A stretch of 32,000 bases of DNA from Zymomonas mobilis subsp. mobilis ATCC 10988 (GTDB lineage: Bacteria; Pseudomonadota; Alphaproteobacteria; Sphingomonadales; Sphingomonadaceae), in assembly GCF_000175255.2 (NCBI RefSeq), contig NC_017262.1, positions 660,001-692,000 of the forward strand, given 5' to 3'. A model generated the notes under the pieces. The model had not been told where the DNA came from. It ran no database searches and saw only the letters and a program-made list of their open reading frames with translations. Each line of letters begins with the position of its first letter. Position 1 is the first letter of the stretch. A program made the translations under genes and the position numbers. Of the stretch, positions 1 through 9,589 are shown in pieces.

Positions 1-1338
1 GACATTGCCAGCCAAATCATCACGAATAATCGTCAAACCGGTATAGTCGCGCCATTTATCAGGATAGCCGATTTTCGGGGTAAAAGAAGCCATTTTCAAA
101 TGGGCTCTTTTCTTCGATTCCGGCGACATCCAAGTCAAATTATCAATCCGGCGATTCATCGCTGCCATGATATTTTTGACCAACTGGTCAGCCGCAGCCT
201 TGGTCTCTGGCGGGAAGTAACGGGCAACATAGGTTTTACCGATATCTTCACCCAAGGCCGTATCGACCAAACCGACGGCTTTTTTCCAGCGCGGCAATTC
301 TTTAGGCTGTCCGGTCAAAGCCTGACCATGGAAAGCAAAATGCGCATCAGAGAAAGGCTGCGAAAGATAGGGTGCCATCTGGTCAAGAAGATGAACCAGC
401 AGATAATCTTTCAACGTCTGAATGGGCGTTTTCGAGATATTCAGAGCCATACCCGCAAAAGCGCTAGGTTCACCGACCAAAAATTCAGACTGATTATTGA
501 TCTGGGCAGAAGTCAGGAAAGCATTCCAGTCGAAATTCGGGGCTTTCTTTTCAAAATCGGCACGCTGCCATTTGTTATAGGTGCGGTCGATATTGCGAAG
601 GTCTGCCCTTGCCCACTGAACAGTCGCCAAATTGGTCTCGAAAGCCATCAAATTGGCAGCACGCTGTTCGGCATAAGCCTCACCTGAAAGCTGTAACAGC
701 TTGGTCAGATAAGCGACATAAGCCTGACGGATGCTTTCAAGCTTGGGGTCTTTATTCAAATAATAGTCACGGTCAGGCAGTCCCAGACCGGATTGCTGGA
801 AATTGATAATATAGCGATCCGGCTGACGATCATCCTGCGCAACCCCAAAAGCAAAAGGTGCATCGCCACCGATCGGCAACATCGCGCCCAACTGGCGAGC
901 AAAATCATGCTGATTTTTGACCGCTTTAATGGCATTAATCGTCGGTTTTAAAGGGCTAAGGCCTTTTTGATTGATCGTTTTTTGATCCATATAGCTGGCA
1001 TAGAGATCACCGCTTCTATTGCCCGGCGTTTTAACCGCTTCGTCTAAAATGTCTTTCATCCGCTGAAGCGAAAGATCAGCCAACTGGGTGAACATACCAT
1101 AACGGGCACGGTCATCAGGAATAGGGGTTTTCTGATCCCATCCGCCATTTGCAAAATCATAGAAGCTGTCACCCGGATTGACCGAACGGTTCATACCGCT
1201 TTCATCAAAACCGAACAGGCCAATGGCCGGTTTATTGGGTAAAAGCGTCTCACCGGCTGCCAAAGCCGGAACAGCGACTGATGCCATAGCGGCCATCGCC
1301 ACAAATGCCCGTCCGATAGAAAAACGAGGATGTTTCAC
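1..1338 (-). CDS. M13-family zinc metallopeptidase (PepO / endothelin-converting-enzyme-like), N-terminal 446 codons; the 3' end lies beyond the window start
   Basis: Missing from the ORF track because it runs off the window edge. My minus-strand translation from GTG (1338-1336) stays open to position 1. It starts MKHPRFSIGRAFVAMAAMASVAVPALAAGE (signal peptide), then NPGDSFYDFANGGWDQKTPIPDDRARYGMF, LPDRDYYLNKDP and MSPESKKRAHLKMASFTPKIGYPDKWRDY, which are typical Peptidase_M13_N blocks. The + strand ORFs 100..687 and 609..806 are antisense artefacts. Confidence 0.85.
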   Translation of the reverse strand, partial: MKHPRFSIGRAFVAMAAMASVAVPALAAGETLLPNKPAIGLFGFDESGMNRSVNPGDSFYDFANGGWDQKTPIPDDRARYGMFTQLADLSLQRMKDILDEAVKTPGNRSGDLYASYMDQKTINQKGLSPLKPTINAIKAVKNQHDFARQLGAMLPIGGDAPFAFGVAQDDRQPDRYIINFQQSGLGLPDRDYYLNKDPKLESIRQAYVAYLTKLLQLSGEAYAEQRAANLMAFETNLATVQWARADLRNIDRTYNKWQRADFEKKAPNFDWNAFLTSAQINNQSEFLVGEPSAFAGMALNISKTPIQTLKDYLLVHLLDQMAPYLSQPFSDAHFAFHGQALTGQPKELPRWKKAVGLVDTALGEDIGKTYVARYFPPETKAAADQLVKNIMAAMNRRIDNLTWMSPESKKRAHLKMASFTPKIGYPDKWRDYTGLTIIRDDLAGNV

Positions 1339-1532
1339 AAAAAACCTTCCTTAAGAAAACCAGACTATTGTCTTTGTCTTTTTTTCAAAAAACGGAGCCT
1401 ACCACACTTTAGACGCAAGGATAAAATAAAAAGAAGCAATTTATTTCCCGCAAAAATCTGTAAAATTACCAAAAGATAATCACTTGCAGATAAGGGACAG
1501 CTTCTTTTTTTGTTAAGAGTGATAGAATATTA

Positions 1533-2015
1533 TCACCCTTTATCCCGTAACAGCCTTGCCTGATCGCGTTTCCAATCCCGTTCTTTGATCGTAGCACGCT
1601 TATCATGGGTCTTTTTACCACGTGCTATAGCCAACTCCAGCTTGGCTTTCCCCTTGTTGTTAAAATACAAACTGACCGGAATAACGGTCATCCCTTCACG
1701 AGAGACGGCTGTCTGCATCTTACGGATTTCCCGTTCATGAAGCAGCAATTTTCTGGGTCGTTTTGGTTCATGATTGAACCGGTTGCCATGACTAAATTCC
1801 GGAATATTGGCATTAATCAGCGTTACTTCGCCATTTTTAACCTCGGCATAGCTTTCAGCAATCGACCCCTGCCCGAAACGTAAAGATTTCACTTCGGTTC
1901 CGGTCAAAGCAAGACCAGCCTCGTAAAAATCTTCAAAAGCATATTCGTAACGGGCGCGCCGGTTCTCGGCGAGTATCTTTGATTTTTTAAACTGAGGTGG
2001 ACGAAAAGCAGCCAT
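1533..2015 (-). CDS. smpB: SsrA-binding protein SmpB (trans-translation)
   Basis: 160 aa. Contains [20 protein letters not shown] and the basic C-terminal tail [22 protein letters not shown], all typical of SmpB. Its start lies 3 nt after the dapA stop, so the two are probably co-transcribed. Confidence 0.95.
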   Translation of the reverse strand: MAAFRPPQFKKSKILAENRRARYEYAFEDFYEAGLALTGTEVKSLRFGQGSIAESYAEVKNGEVTLINANIPEFSHGNRFNHEPKRPRKLLLHEREIRKMQTAVSREGMTVIPVSLYFNNKGKAKLELAIARGKKTHDKRATIKERDWKRDQARLLRDKG

Positions 2016-2018
2016 CTT

Positions 2019-2894
2019 TTAAATCAACCTTGCATGGGAAAGCGCCGCATCAACCAAAGCCTTGCTATGATCGCTTGGCTGAACCAAAGGCAGACGCAAT
2101 TCAGGCGAGAAATCAGGATACAGGCGGGACAAAGCATATTTGACCGGAGCCGGAGAGGAATCGCTAAACAAAGCAGAATGCAAAGGATAAAGACGATCCT
2201 GCAAAGCCAAAGCATCCTGATAGCGATTTTCAGCACAAGCCTTCTGGAAATCCGCAGAAAGTTTCGGCGCAACATTGGCCGTTACCGAAATACAACCAAC
2301 ACCACCCATGGCATTAAAGGCCAAAGCCATATCATCATTACCTGACAACTGGCAGAAATCAGAACCACAAGCCAATCTTTGTGCAGAAACCCGCGCAATA
2401 TGCCCGCTAGCATCTTTCATGCCCACAATAGCAGGTAAACGCGACAGACGCGCCAAAGTTTCAACCGAGATATCGCTGCTGGTGCGCCCCGGAACATTAT
2501 AAATCAGGATAGGAATCGGACTATTTTCAGCCAGATAGCTATAATGGGCATAAAGCCCTTCCTGACTAGGTTTGTTGTAATAAGGTAATACCACCAGACC
2601 CGCAGCGGCTCCGGCTTTGGCCGCATGGCGCAAATGGGCAAGTGACACCTTGGTATCATTCGATCCACATCCGGCAATTACCGGCACTCGACCTTTGGTC
2701 TGATCAATACAAACCGCCATAACATAGTTATGTTCTTCGATGGTCATCGTGGCACTTTCACCCGTGGTGCCACAGGGGACAAGCGCTGATGATCCGCCTT
2801 CAATCATCCGGTCAACATGCGCTCTGAAAACCACTTCATCAAACTTTCCGTTGCGAAACGGTGTCACAAGAGCAGGAATTGAGCCCGTGAACAT
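2019..2894 (-). CDS. dapA: 4-hydroxy-tetrahydrodipicolinate synthase (DapA)
   Basis: MFTGSIPALVTPF...GTTGES...YNKP...IVGMKDASG are DapA/NAL-family motifs. The ORF track extends to 2957. I prefer ATG 2894 because GGAAGGAG lies 6 nt upstream and it gives a typical 291 aa; ATG 2900 is also possible. Confidence 0.9.
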   Translation of the reverse strand: MFTGSIPALVTPFRNGKFDEVVFRAHVDRMIEGGSSALVPCGTTGESATMTIEEHNYVMAVCIDQTKGRVPVIAGCGSNDTKVSLAHLRHAAKAGAAAGLVVLPYYNKPSQEGLYAHYSYLAENSPIPILIYNVPGRTSSDISVETLARLSRLPAIVGMKDASGHIARVSAQRLACGSDFCQLSGNDDMALAFNAMGGVGCISVTANVAPKLSADFQKACAENRYQDALALQDRLYPLHSALFSDSSPAPVKYALSRLYPDFSPELRLPLVQPSDHSKALVDAALSHARLI

Positions 2895-2915
2895 TATCAT
2901 CTCCTTCCCTTTGGT

Positions 2916-5009
2916 ATGAAGCTGTCTCATATAGTAAAGACCATGGCCCATAACCAAAATTTACTATCGTCTGATAAAGACGTTAAGCCACGGCTGTCCA
3001 GACAGCCCAAGCAACGCAGACAGTTTCTTAAGCTGTGTGCGTCCATCATACCGGCTGGCCTGTTCCTTTCCGGGCAGAGTTACGGGCAACGCAATAGCAT
3101 TGCCATCGTCAATCAGCCAGCAGAGACAGACAGTAAAATTGCAAAATGGCAACTATTACGTTCTGGCACATCATTATCTTTTCAGGATTATGCCTCTTTT
3201 CTGATAGAAAATCCTCACTGGCCTGCTGAAAACATTCTAAGAAAAGCCGCTGAAAAGAATTTAGCCGATGCTTTGACGGCTATAGGGGAAAAACCGCAAC
3301 AAGCCTTGCGTTTTTTTCAACTCTATCCTCCAGTCTCCAATAATGGCCGCGCGGCTTATGCATTAATTCTGGATCAATATAATCAGCAAGCCGAAGCCAT
3401 CACACAGGCCAAGGCCGCATGGACAGAAGGTTATCTGTCTCCAGATATCGAAAACAAACTTTTTGCCCGTTTCAATAACAGCTTCACAGCACAGGAGCAG
3501 GCGCTCCGAGAAGACCGGTTGTTATTTGGACATAATATCGAAGCCGCCCGTTTACAGCTTAATCGGGTCAGCGAAGATCAAAAGCCCGTTTTTGAAGCTC
3601 GCATTGCACTCCAGACAGGCGCCCCCGAAGCCGAAGCCCTTGTCTCGGCATTGGGGGCTGATGCTGACAATAATCCGGGTTTTCTGGCAGATCATGCTCA
3701 GTATTTACGAAGCAAAGCCCGCCCCTTTGATGCCCGATCTTTGCTGGCTGCGCCGCGACAATGGAAACAAGCTCCCAGCGATGCCGGAGAATGGCTCAAT
3801 CTCCTGCTTACCTTTGCCAGGGCTACCGCAAATGACAAACAATATGCCCAGACCTTGGCGATTGTCCGGCAGGTTTACAGCCTCTATCCTGATAGCCGAA
3901 AGGTAAAGGAACAATCCTTCACGATCAGGGATCGCTATACCGATCTTCTTTTCTTGGGTGGTCGGACAGCTTTAAAATACCTCAACCAGCCCAAAGAGGC
4001 GTTAGGCTTTTTCAGCAATTACGCCGCCGCTTCCAAAAGCCCTCAAAGCCGTAGCCGAGGCTATTATTGGGCAGGTCGTTCGGCTTTAGCCATGCGGGAT
4101 GATACCCTTGCCCGCCGCTATTTCGCAGCAGCAGGCCAATCCCCTGACCAGTTTTACGGCCAGCTTTCCCTTGAATTATTGGGACAGAGCGTACCAATCC
4201 CCCCTTATGGGGCTGCTCTGCCCGATTCTTCGCAGCAGAATATTTTCTACAGCAGCTCTCTGGTGCAAGCGACCATCCGCTTGGGACAGCAACAAAATTG
4301 GCGGGATCAAAGCCTGTTCTTGCGCGCGCTTGCAAACAGCCTAACCCGCCCCGAAGAATACGCGCTGGCCATTGATCTTAGTCAGCGCATCGGTAGACAA
4401 GACCTAGCCGTCATGGCCTGTCGTTCTATGCGGAATAGCGACCTGATTACCTATAATCGCAGCGGTTATCCAAGCTATTCCCTTCCCAATGAAAGCGAAC
4501 CGAGCTGGGTGATGGTGCATGCCCTTTCCCGTCAGGAAAGCCAATTCGACCGCCACGCAAAAAGCAGCGTTGGCGCGCTTGGCTTGATGCAGCTCATGCC
4601 GAAAACGGCCAAAGATCAATCCCAGAAATTAGGCTTAGCCTATGACCCTGCGCGTCTGGTAAATGATCCGGCCTTCAACCTGACCTTAGGTGCCAGCTTT
4701 TACGAAAGAATGCGCAGCTATTATCAAGGCAGCCATCTTTTAGCGGTTGCCGCCTATAATTCAGGGCCCGGCAATGTGAATCGCTATCTTTCAAGCTATG
4801 GCGATCCTCGGATGCCTCATGCGGATGTCGTCGACTGGATCGAAGATTTTCCCTTAGATGAAACCCGTAACTACATCCAACGCGTCTTAGAAAATGCAGT
4901 TGTCTATAGTCGGATTGACCCCGACACCAATCGCAGCCGCGTTGGAGGTCAGGCCTTATCCGATTATCTAGGTGGCATGGATCACATCGGGCCCACCCTT
5001 TCGCGCTAA
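2916..5009 (+). CDS. slt: Soluble lytic murein transglycosylase (Slt70-like: long helical N-terminal region plus C-terminal SLT domain)
   Basis: C-terminal SRQESQFDRHAKSSVGALGLMQLMPKTA and AAYNSGPGNV are SLT-domain motifs with the catalytic Glu in the ES context. The N-terminus carries QRRQFLKLCASIIPAGLFLSG. The start is uncertain (ATG 2916 or ATG 2943), and either sits very close to the divergent dapA start. Confidence 0.85.
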   Translation: MKLSHIVKTMAHNQNLLSSDKDVKPRLSRQPKQRRQFLKLCASIIPAGLFLSGQSYGQRNSIAIVNQPAETDSKIAKWQLLRSGTSLSFQDYASFLIENPHWPAENILRKAAEKNLADALTAIGEKPQQALRFFQLYPPVSNNGRAAYALILDQYNQQAEAITQAKAAWTEGYLSPDIENKLFARFNNSFTAQEQALREDRLLFGHNIEAARLQLNRVSEDQKPVFEARIALQTGAPEAEALVSALGADADNNPGFLADHAQYLRSKARPFDARSLLAAPRQWKQAPSDAGEWLNLLLTFARATANDKQYAQTLAIVRQVYSLYPDSRKVKEQSFTIRDRYTDLLFLGGRTALKYLNQPKEALGFFSNYAAASKSPQSRSRGYYWAGRSALAMRDDTLARRYFAAAGQSPDQFYGQLSLELLGQSVPIPPYGAALPDSSQQNIFYSSSLVQATIRLGQQQNWRDQSLFLRALANSLTRPEEYALAIDLSQRIGRQDLAVMACRSMRNSDLITYNRSGYPSYSLPNESEPSWVMVHALSRQESQFDRHAKSSVGALGLMQLMPKTAKDQSQKLGLAYDPARLVNDPAFNLTLGASFYERMRSYYQGSHLLAVAAYNSGPGNVNRYLSSYGDPRMPHADVVDWIEDFPLDETRNYIQRVLENAVVYSRIDPDTNRSRVGGQALSDYLGGMDHIGPTLSR

Positions 5010-5019
5010 CACAGCTAAG

Positions 5020-5052
5020 AAAGCCTGTTACAGGATAGCAGGCTTTTCTTTC
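5020..5052 (+). terminator. Rho-independent terminator after slt
   Basis: AAAGCCTG (5020-5027) pairs with CAGGCTTT (5039-5046) and is followed by TCTTT. It begins 11 nt after the slt stop. Confidence 0.6.
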
Positions 5053-5083
5053 ACGGCCTTAAATCAAACAGGACAGACGTCCC

Positions 5084-5581
5084 GTGACAACGAAGAACCC
5101 TAACTACATCACACCACAAGGCTTGGAAAAGCTAAAGGAACGCTACCATCATCTGATGAATACCGAACGCCCCAAAATCGTTGAGATTGTCAGCTGGGCA
5201 GCCGGTAATGGAGATCGCTCTGAAAATGGCGACTACATCTATGGCCGGAAAAAGATGCGTGAGATTGACCGCGAATTATCATGGTTGTCACGCCGATTAA
5301 AAGCCGCCCGCGTTGTTGATCCCTCGGCAGTAGAAGATCGGTCAAAAGTCTGGTTCGGAGCCACCGTCACCATTGCTGACGAAGACGACAATCAACGCCA
5401 AGTCGCATTAGTCGGGGAAGATGAAGCCGATGCCAGCCAAGGCAGAATAAGCTGGAAGTCCCCATTAGCACGAGCATTGCGGGGCGCAGCTTTAGGCGAT
5501 CTTAGAATTGTCCGCCTACCAGCCGGTGAAAAGGAATGGGAAGTTATAGAAATTGGCTATCCCGCTCCGACCTCAAAATAA
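5084..5581 (+). CDS. greB: Transcription elongation factor GreB
   Basis: GTG start, 165 aa. VSWAAGNGDRSENGDYIYGRKKMREIDRE matches the GreB block (E. coli VTWAASLGDRSENADYQYNKKRLREIDRR) better than the GreA block. The gene ends in three in-frame stops, TAA TAA TAG (5579-5587). Confidence 0.85.
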   Translation: MTTKNPNYITPQGLEKLKERYHHLMNTERPKIVEIVSWAAGNGDRSENGDYIYGRKKMREIDRELSWLSRRLKAARVVDPSAVEDRSKVWFGATVTIADEDDNQRQVALVGEDEADASQGRISWKSPLARALRGAALGDLRIVRLPAGEKEWEVIEIGYPAPTSK

Positions 5582-5592
5582 TAATAGAGGGA

Positions 5593-5620
5593 GGGATGCC
5601 CCAATCATCGGGCATCCTTC
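5593..5620. terminator. Bidirectional hairpin between convergent greB and ppk2
   Basis: GGATGCCC (5594-5601) pairs with GGGCATCC (5610-5617). It sits between the two convergent stop codons. Confidence 0.55.
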
Positions 5621-5629
5621 CAATAGGAT

Positions 5630-6415
5630 TTATTCGCCCAGATCAATACCCAATTTTTCTTTAGCCAACAAAACGATTTCAGGATCAAGCGGCGGCGGCG
5701 CAGTAGGAAGATTTTTTTCCAACTCATCCGCAATCAACCCAAGTGATTGGATACGAGCATCCTGCTTATTATTGGCATCAATAATATGCCAAGGCGCCCA
5801 ATGCATGTTGCATTGATCGAACATATCCAAAAAAGCCTTCTTATATTCATCCCGCTCGTCACGGGCATGAAAATCAGCCGGGCCAATCTTCATATGTTTC
5901 CAAGGATGCATCAAACGCCGCTTAAAACGCTCATCCTGCGTCTTATCAGAGATATGACAGAATATTTTAATGAGACGGGTGCCATTTTCACATTGCAGTG
6001 ATTCAAAGGCATTGATCTCATCATAGCTACGCTGCCATTCTTCGTCACTAGCCAGCTTGTCGACCCGTTCAACGAGAACACGGCCATACCAGCTCCGATC
6101 AAAGATAGCGACTTCACCATTTCCGGGCATTTTTGTCCAAAAACGCCACAGGAAATGATGTGCTTTTTCTTCTTCAGTCGGAACACCGATAGGCCATACT
6201 CTGAAATGGCGCGGGTCCCATCCTGTCACCAATCGCTGGATAATACCGCTTTTTCCTGAGCTATCCGGCCCTTCGAATAAGATAATAGCCTTCCGACGAT
6301 AGACGATATAGGCCACTAAAAGGTGAGCTAGTCTCTTTTGAAGCTGCACCAGTACTTTATCGTAATCGCCGCTAAACGGCTTTCCCTGTTCGTAATCAGC
6401 AAGATTGACAGACAT
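5630..6415 (-). CDS. ppk2: Polyphosphate kinase 2 family protein (single-domain PPK2; polyphosphate:nucleotide phosphotransferase)
   Basis: 261 aa. Contains FEGPDSSGKSG (the PPK2 Walker A variant), FDRSWYGRVLVERV and WHIIDANNK. GAGGGG lies 9 nt upstream of the ATG, and the gap to the aspS stop is only 32 nt. Confidence 0.85.
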   Translation of the reverse strand: MSVNLADYEQGKPFSGDYDKVLVQLQKRLAHLLVAYIVYRRKAIILFEGPDSSGKSGIIQRLVTGWDPRHFRVWPIGVPTEEEKAHHFLWRFWTKMPGNGEVAIFDRSWYGRVLVERVDKLASDEEWQRSYDEINAFESLQCENGTRLIKIFCHISDKTQDERFKRRLMHPWKHMKIGPADFHARDERDEYKKAFLDMFDQCNMHWAPWHIIDANNKQDARIQSLGLIADELEKNLPTAPPPLDPEIVLLAKEKLGIDLGE

Positions 6416-6447
6416 GCGGCATTACCCCTCTGTTGGCATTATCAGAT

Positions 6448-8238
6448 TTACGAAGCTGATTTCTGGGTAGGTTTCACCGCAATACGCAAAGACAGTTCTT
6501 TCAACTGCCGTTCACTTACGGCCGCCGGAGCGCCCATCATCAAGTCTTCTGCTTTTTGGTTCATTGGGAATAGAACGACTTCACGGATATTAGGTTCACC
6601 CGCCAACAGCATCACCATACGGTCAACACCCGGAGCAGCCCCACCATGCGGCGGCGCACCATATTTAAAGGCGTTAATCATACCGGCAAAGTTTTCATCA
6701 ACCATAGCCTGATCATAGCCCGCGATTTCAAAGGCTTTGTACATGATCTCCGGCCGATGGTTACGGATAGCACCAGAAGACAATTCGATACCATTACAGA
6801 CGATATCATATTGATAAGCCAAAATATCGAGCGGATCTTTCGTTTCCAAGGCTTCCATGCCACCCTGCGGCATCGAGAATGGATTGTGACTAAAGATGAC
6901 CTGCTTGGCTTCTTCGTCATATTCGAACATCGGGAAATCGACGACCCAGCAGAAACGGAAGCTATCTTTTTCGATCAGATCGAGCAATTCACCAACGCGA
7001 TTACGGGCAAGCCCTGCTAAACGAGCGGCCTCGCCTTCCTTACCGGCGGCAAAGAAAACGCCATCATTTTCACCAAGGCCAAGATCAGCCAACAGCTTTT
7101 GGGTCGCTTCTTCGCCGAGATTGCGGGCAATCGGGCCACCTGCTTCGCCATTTTTGATATTGATATAACCCAGACCAGCAAAACCTTCTTCGCGCGCCCA
7201 GTTATTCATATCATCAAAGAATTTGCGGCTATTTTTACCTGCTTCTGGTGCCGGAATAGCGCGAACAACGCCGCCTTTTGCGACCATACCAGCAAATAAA
7301 CCGAAACCGGAATCACGGAAATGTTCGGTTACATCGCTAATTTTCAAAGGATTCCGCAAATCAGGCTTGTCGGAACCATAATAAAGCATAGCATCACGAT
7401 AAGCGATACGCGGGAAAGGCGCAGGGGTAACAGTCTTACCGCCGCCGAATTCTTCAAAGACACCGGCTAAAACGGGTTCGATAGTCGCAAAGACATCTTC
7501 TTGGGTGACAAAGCTCATTTCAAAATCGAGCTGATAGAATTCACCCGGAGAACGATCGGCGCGGGCATCTTCATCACGGAAACAAGGTGCAATCTGGAAA
7601 TAACGGTCGAAACCAGCAACCATCATCAACTGCTTGAACATCTGCGGAGCCTGCGGCAACGCATAGAATTTACCGGGATGAACGCGGCTTGGTACCAGAT
7701 AATCGCGCGCGCCTTCTGGGCTGGATGCCGTCAAAATCGGGGTCTGATATTCGTTAAAGCCCTGCTCGATCATCCGGCGACGCAGGCTGGCGATGACATT
7801 GGAGCGTAAAACGATATTGCGATGTAAACGATCACGACGCAAATCAAGATAGCGATAACGCAAACGGATATCTTCAGGATAATCAGCTTCACCGGCGACC
7901 GGCAAAGGCAATTCTTGGGCAAAAGACTGGACATCGACTTCCGAAGCACGGATTTCGATTTCACCGGTTGCAAGATTGGGATTAACGACTTCCGGCGCTC
8001 TTTCAACGACTTCACCGGTAACGGTGATAACCGACTCGAGTCGTAATTGATCCAGTTTTTCGAAAACAGCCGAATCACTATCGGCAACAATCTGGGTCAA
8101 ACCATAATGATCGCGAAGATCGACGAAAAGTAATCCACCGTGATCGCGTTTGCGATGCACCCAACCGGAAAGGCGGACTTTTTCGCCAACATTGGCGCGT
8201 CTAAGGGCTGAACAATTATGGGTGCGATAGGCATGCAT
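6448..8238 (-). CDS. aspS: Aspartate--tRNA ligase (possibly non-discriminating)
   Basis: 596 aa. Contains [46 protein letters not shown]-like ([19 protein letters not shown]) and [14 protein letters not shown], covering class II aaRS motifs 1-3 in the AspRS arrangement. Confidence 0.97.
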   Translation of the reverse strand: MHAYRTHNCSALRRANVGEKVRLSGWVHRKRDHGGLLFVDLRDHYGLTQIVADSDSAVFEKLDQLRLESVITVTGEVVERAPEVVNPNLATGEIEIRASEVDVQSFAQELPLPVAGEADYPEDIRLRYRYLDLRRDRLHRNIVLRSNVIASLRRRMIEQGFNEYQTPILTASSPEGARDYLVPSRVHPGKFYALPQAPQMFKQLMMVAGFDRYFQIAPCFRDEDARADRSPGEFYQLDFEMSFVTQEDVFATIEPVLAGVFEEFGGGKTVTPAPFPRIAYRDAMLYYGSDKPDLRNPLKISDVTEHFRDSGFGLFAGMVAKGGVVRAIPAPEAGKNSRKFFDDMNNWAREEGFAGLGYINIKNGEAGGPIARNLGEEATQKLLADLGLGENDGVFFAAGKEGEAARLAGLARNRVGELLDLIEKDSFRFCWVVDFPMFEYDEEAKQVIFSHNPFSMPQGGMEALETKDPLDILAYQYDIVCNGIELSSGAIRNHRPEIMYKAFEIAGYDQAMVDENFAGMINAFKYGAPPHGGAAPGVDRMVMLLAGEPNIREVVLFPMNQKAEDLMMGAPAAVSERQLKELSLRIAVKPTQKSAS

Positions 8239-8339
8239 GTATTAAATTTCCTGATTGCACGAGATTTTTGTTTACTGTTGCGCTTCGCTCGGACAGCTTG
8301 TCTTTGTCAAGGCACACAATCCGGTTAATAGTAGGCTTA

Positions 8340-9512
8340 ATGCAGATTCATCCTCTTATCACAGATAGCGCAACGCTAGCCGCTCTTTGTTCCCGCTTAT
8401 CCCGGGCTGACTTTATTGCCATAGATACCGAGTTTATTCGGGAAAACAGTTATTGGCCGGAGTTATGCCTGATTCAGATCGCGGATGATAAAGAAGCCGC
8501 AGCCATTGATCCACTGGCTCCTGGCCTGGATATGACCCCTCTTACTGATTTGTTGGTCAATAATGAAGATATTCTTAAGGTTTTTCATGCCGGAGGGCAG
8601 GATCTTGAAATTATTCTTCATCACACCGGCAAAATGCCCTTTCCTCTTTTTGACACACAAATTGCCGCTATGGCCTTGGGTGTTGGTGAACAGGTCGGCT
8701 ATTCAAATCTGGTAGAAAGATATCTTTCTATCAAATTAGACAAAGGCGCAAGATTTACAGATTGGTCACATCGCCCGCTTGACCGGCGGCAGTTGGATTA
8801 CGCCATTGCCGATGTCACCCATCTTGCGACTCTTTTCCCCATGCTGTTGAAAGAATTGCGGGATAAAGGGCGCGGCGCATGGCTCGATCAGGAAATGGAA
8901 CGGCTGGCCGATCCTTCACAATATATCAATGATCCCGAAAAATCATGGCTTCGTATCCGAATGCCGAACCGGAAAGCGGATATCCTCGGTCGTCTCAAAG
9001 CCTTGGCCGCATGGCGCGAAATCGAGGCACAAAACCGTAATATTCCAAGGGGTCGTATCGCCAAAGATGAAACCTTGGCTGATCTGGCTATTCACCCCCC
9101 TCGCCGTCAATCCGATCTGGTAAAGGTGCGCGGACTTTCGGGCAGCTGGGGCAGTAATGACATTGGCCAAAGGCTGATGGAAGCAATCGAAAATGCCGAG
9201 GCTTTAAGACCCGAAGAAATTCCGCAACGCAATGACCGAAAATTATGCATCGGAAAAGACGGTGCAATGATTGCCGATTTGCTGAAATTATTGCTTAAAA
9301 TGCGCGCTCGTGATGCCGAAGTTGCCGCCCGCCTTATCGCAAAAAGCGACGATATCGAGGGAATTATCGCGGGTGAACGCGAAAATAATCCGGTTTTGAC
9401 TGGCTGGCGCTACGATATTTTTGGGAAAGAGGCCATTGCCTTGATTGAAGGTAAAATGGCTTTCAGCGTCCAAAAAGGCAAAATCGCCATGACCCTGATT
9501 GAAAAAGAATAA
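8340..9512 (+). CDS. rnd: Ribonuclease D
   Basis: The DEDD exonuclease block is present: IAIDTEF, HAGGQDLEI, LDYAIADVTHL. An HRDC-like region follows. I prefer ATG 8340 (MQIHPLITDS, 390 aa) over the TTG 8268 given in the ORF track. Confidence 0.9.
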   Translation: MQIHPLITDSATLAALCSRLSRADFIAIDTEFIRENSYWPELCLIQIADDKEAAAIDPLAPGLDMTPLTDLLVNNEDILKVFHAGGQDLEIILHHTGKMPFPLFDTQIAAMALGVGEQVGYSNLVERYLSIKLDKGARFTDWSHRPLDRRQLDYAIADVTHLATLFPMLLKELRDKGRGAWLDQEMERLADPSQYINDPEKSWLRIRMPNRKADILGRLKALAAWREIEAQNRNIPRGRIAKDETLADLAIHPPRRQSDLVKVRGLSGSWGSNDIGQRLMEAIENAEALRPEEIPQRNDRKLCIGKDGAMIADLLKLLLKMRARDAEVAARLIAKSDDIEGIIAGERENNPVLTGWRYDIFGKEAIALIEGKMAFSVQKGKIAMTLIEKE

Positions 9513-9520
9513 TTGTAACC

Positions 9521-9558
9521 AAAACCTCTGCTATTCATCTGAATAGCAGAGGTTTTTT
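9521..9558. terminator. Bidirectional rho-independent terminator shared by convergent rnd and ppx
   Basis: A 17-bp perfect palindrome: AAAACCTCTGCTATTCA (9521-9537) and TGAATAGCAGAGGTTTT (9540-9556). A T-run follows on the + strand and an A-run precedes it, giving a T-run on the - strand. Confidence 0.8.
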
Positions 9559-9589
9559 ATACCGCTTTCAATAAATAAAGGCGGCGATC

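Noticed and set aside
100-806. ORFs 100..687 (+) and 609..806 (+), which look like sizeable genes
   Set aside because: They lie antisense to an uninterrupted M13-peptidase reading frame (minus strand, 1338 to 1) with clear family motifs. Their own products are low-complexity, Arg-rich and have no motifs.
8268-8339. Extended starts from the ORF track for rnd (8268), and likewise dapA (2957), dapB (17082), nth (17849) and the XRE gene (23628)
   Set aside because: The extensions add non-conserved, odd N-terminal peptides. Downstream ATGs give canonical N-termini, typical lengths, better ribosome-binding sites or stop-start coupling.
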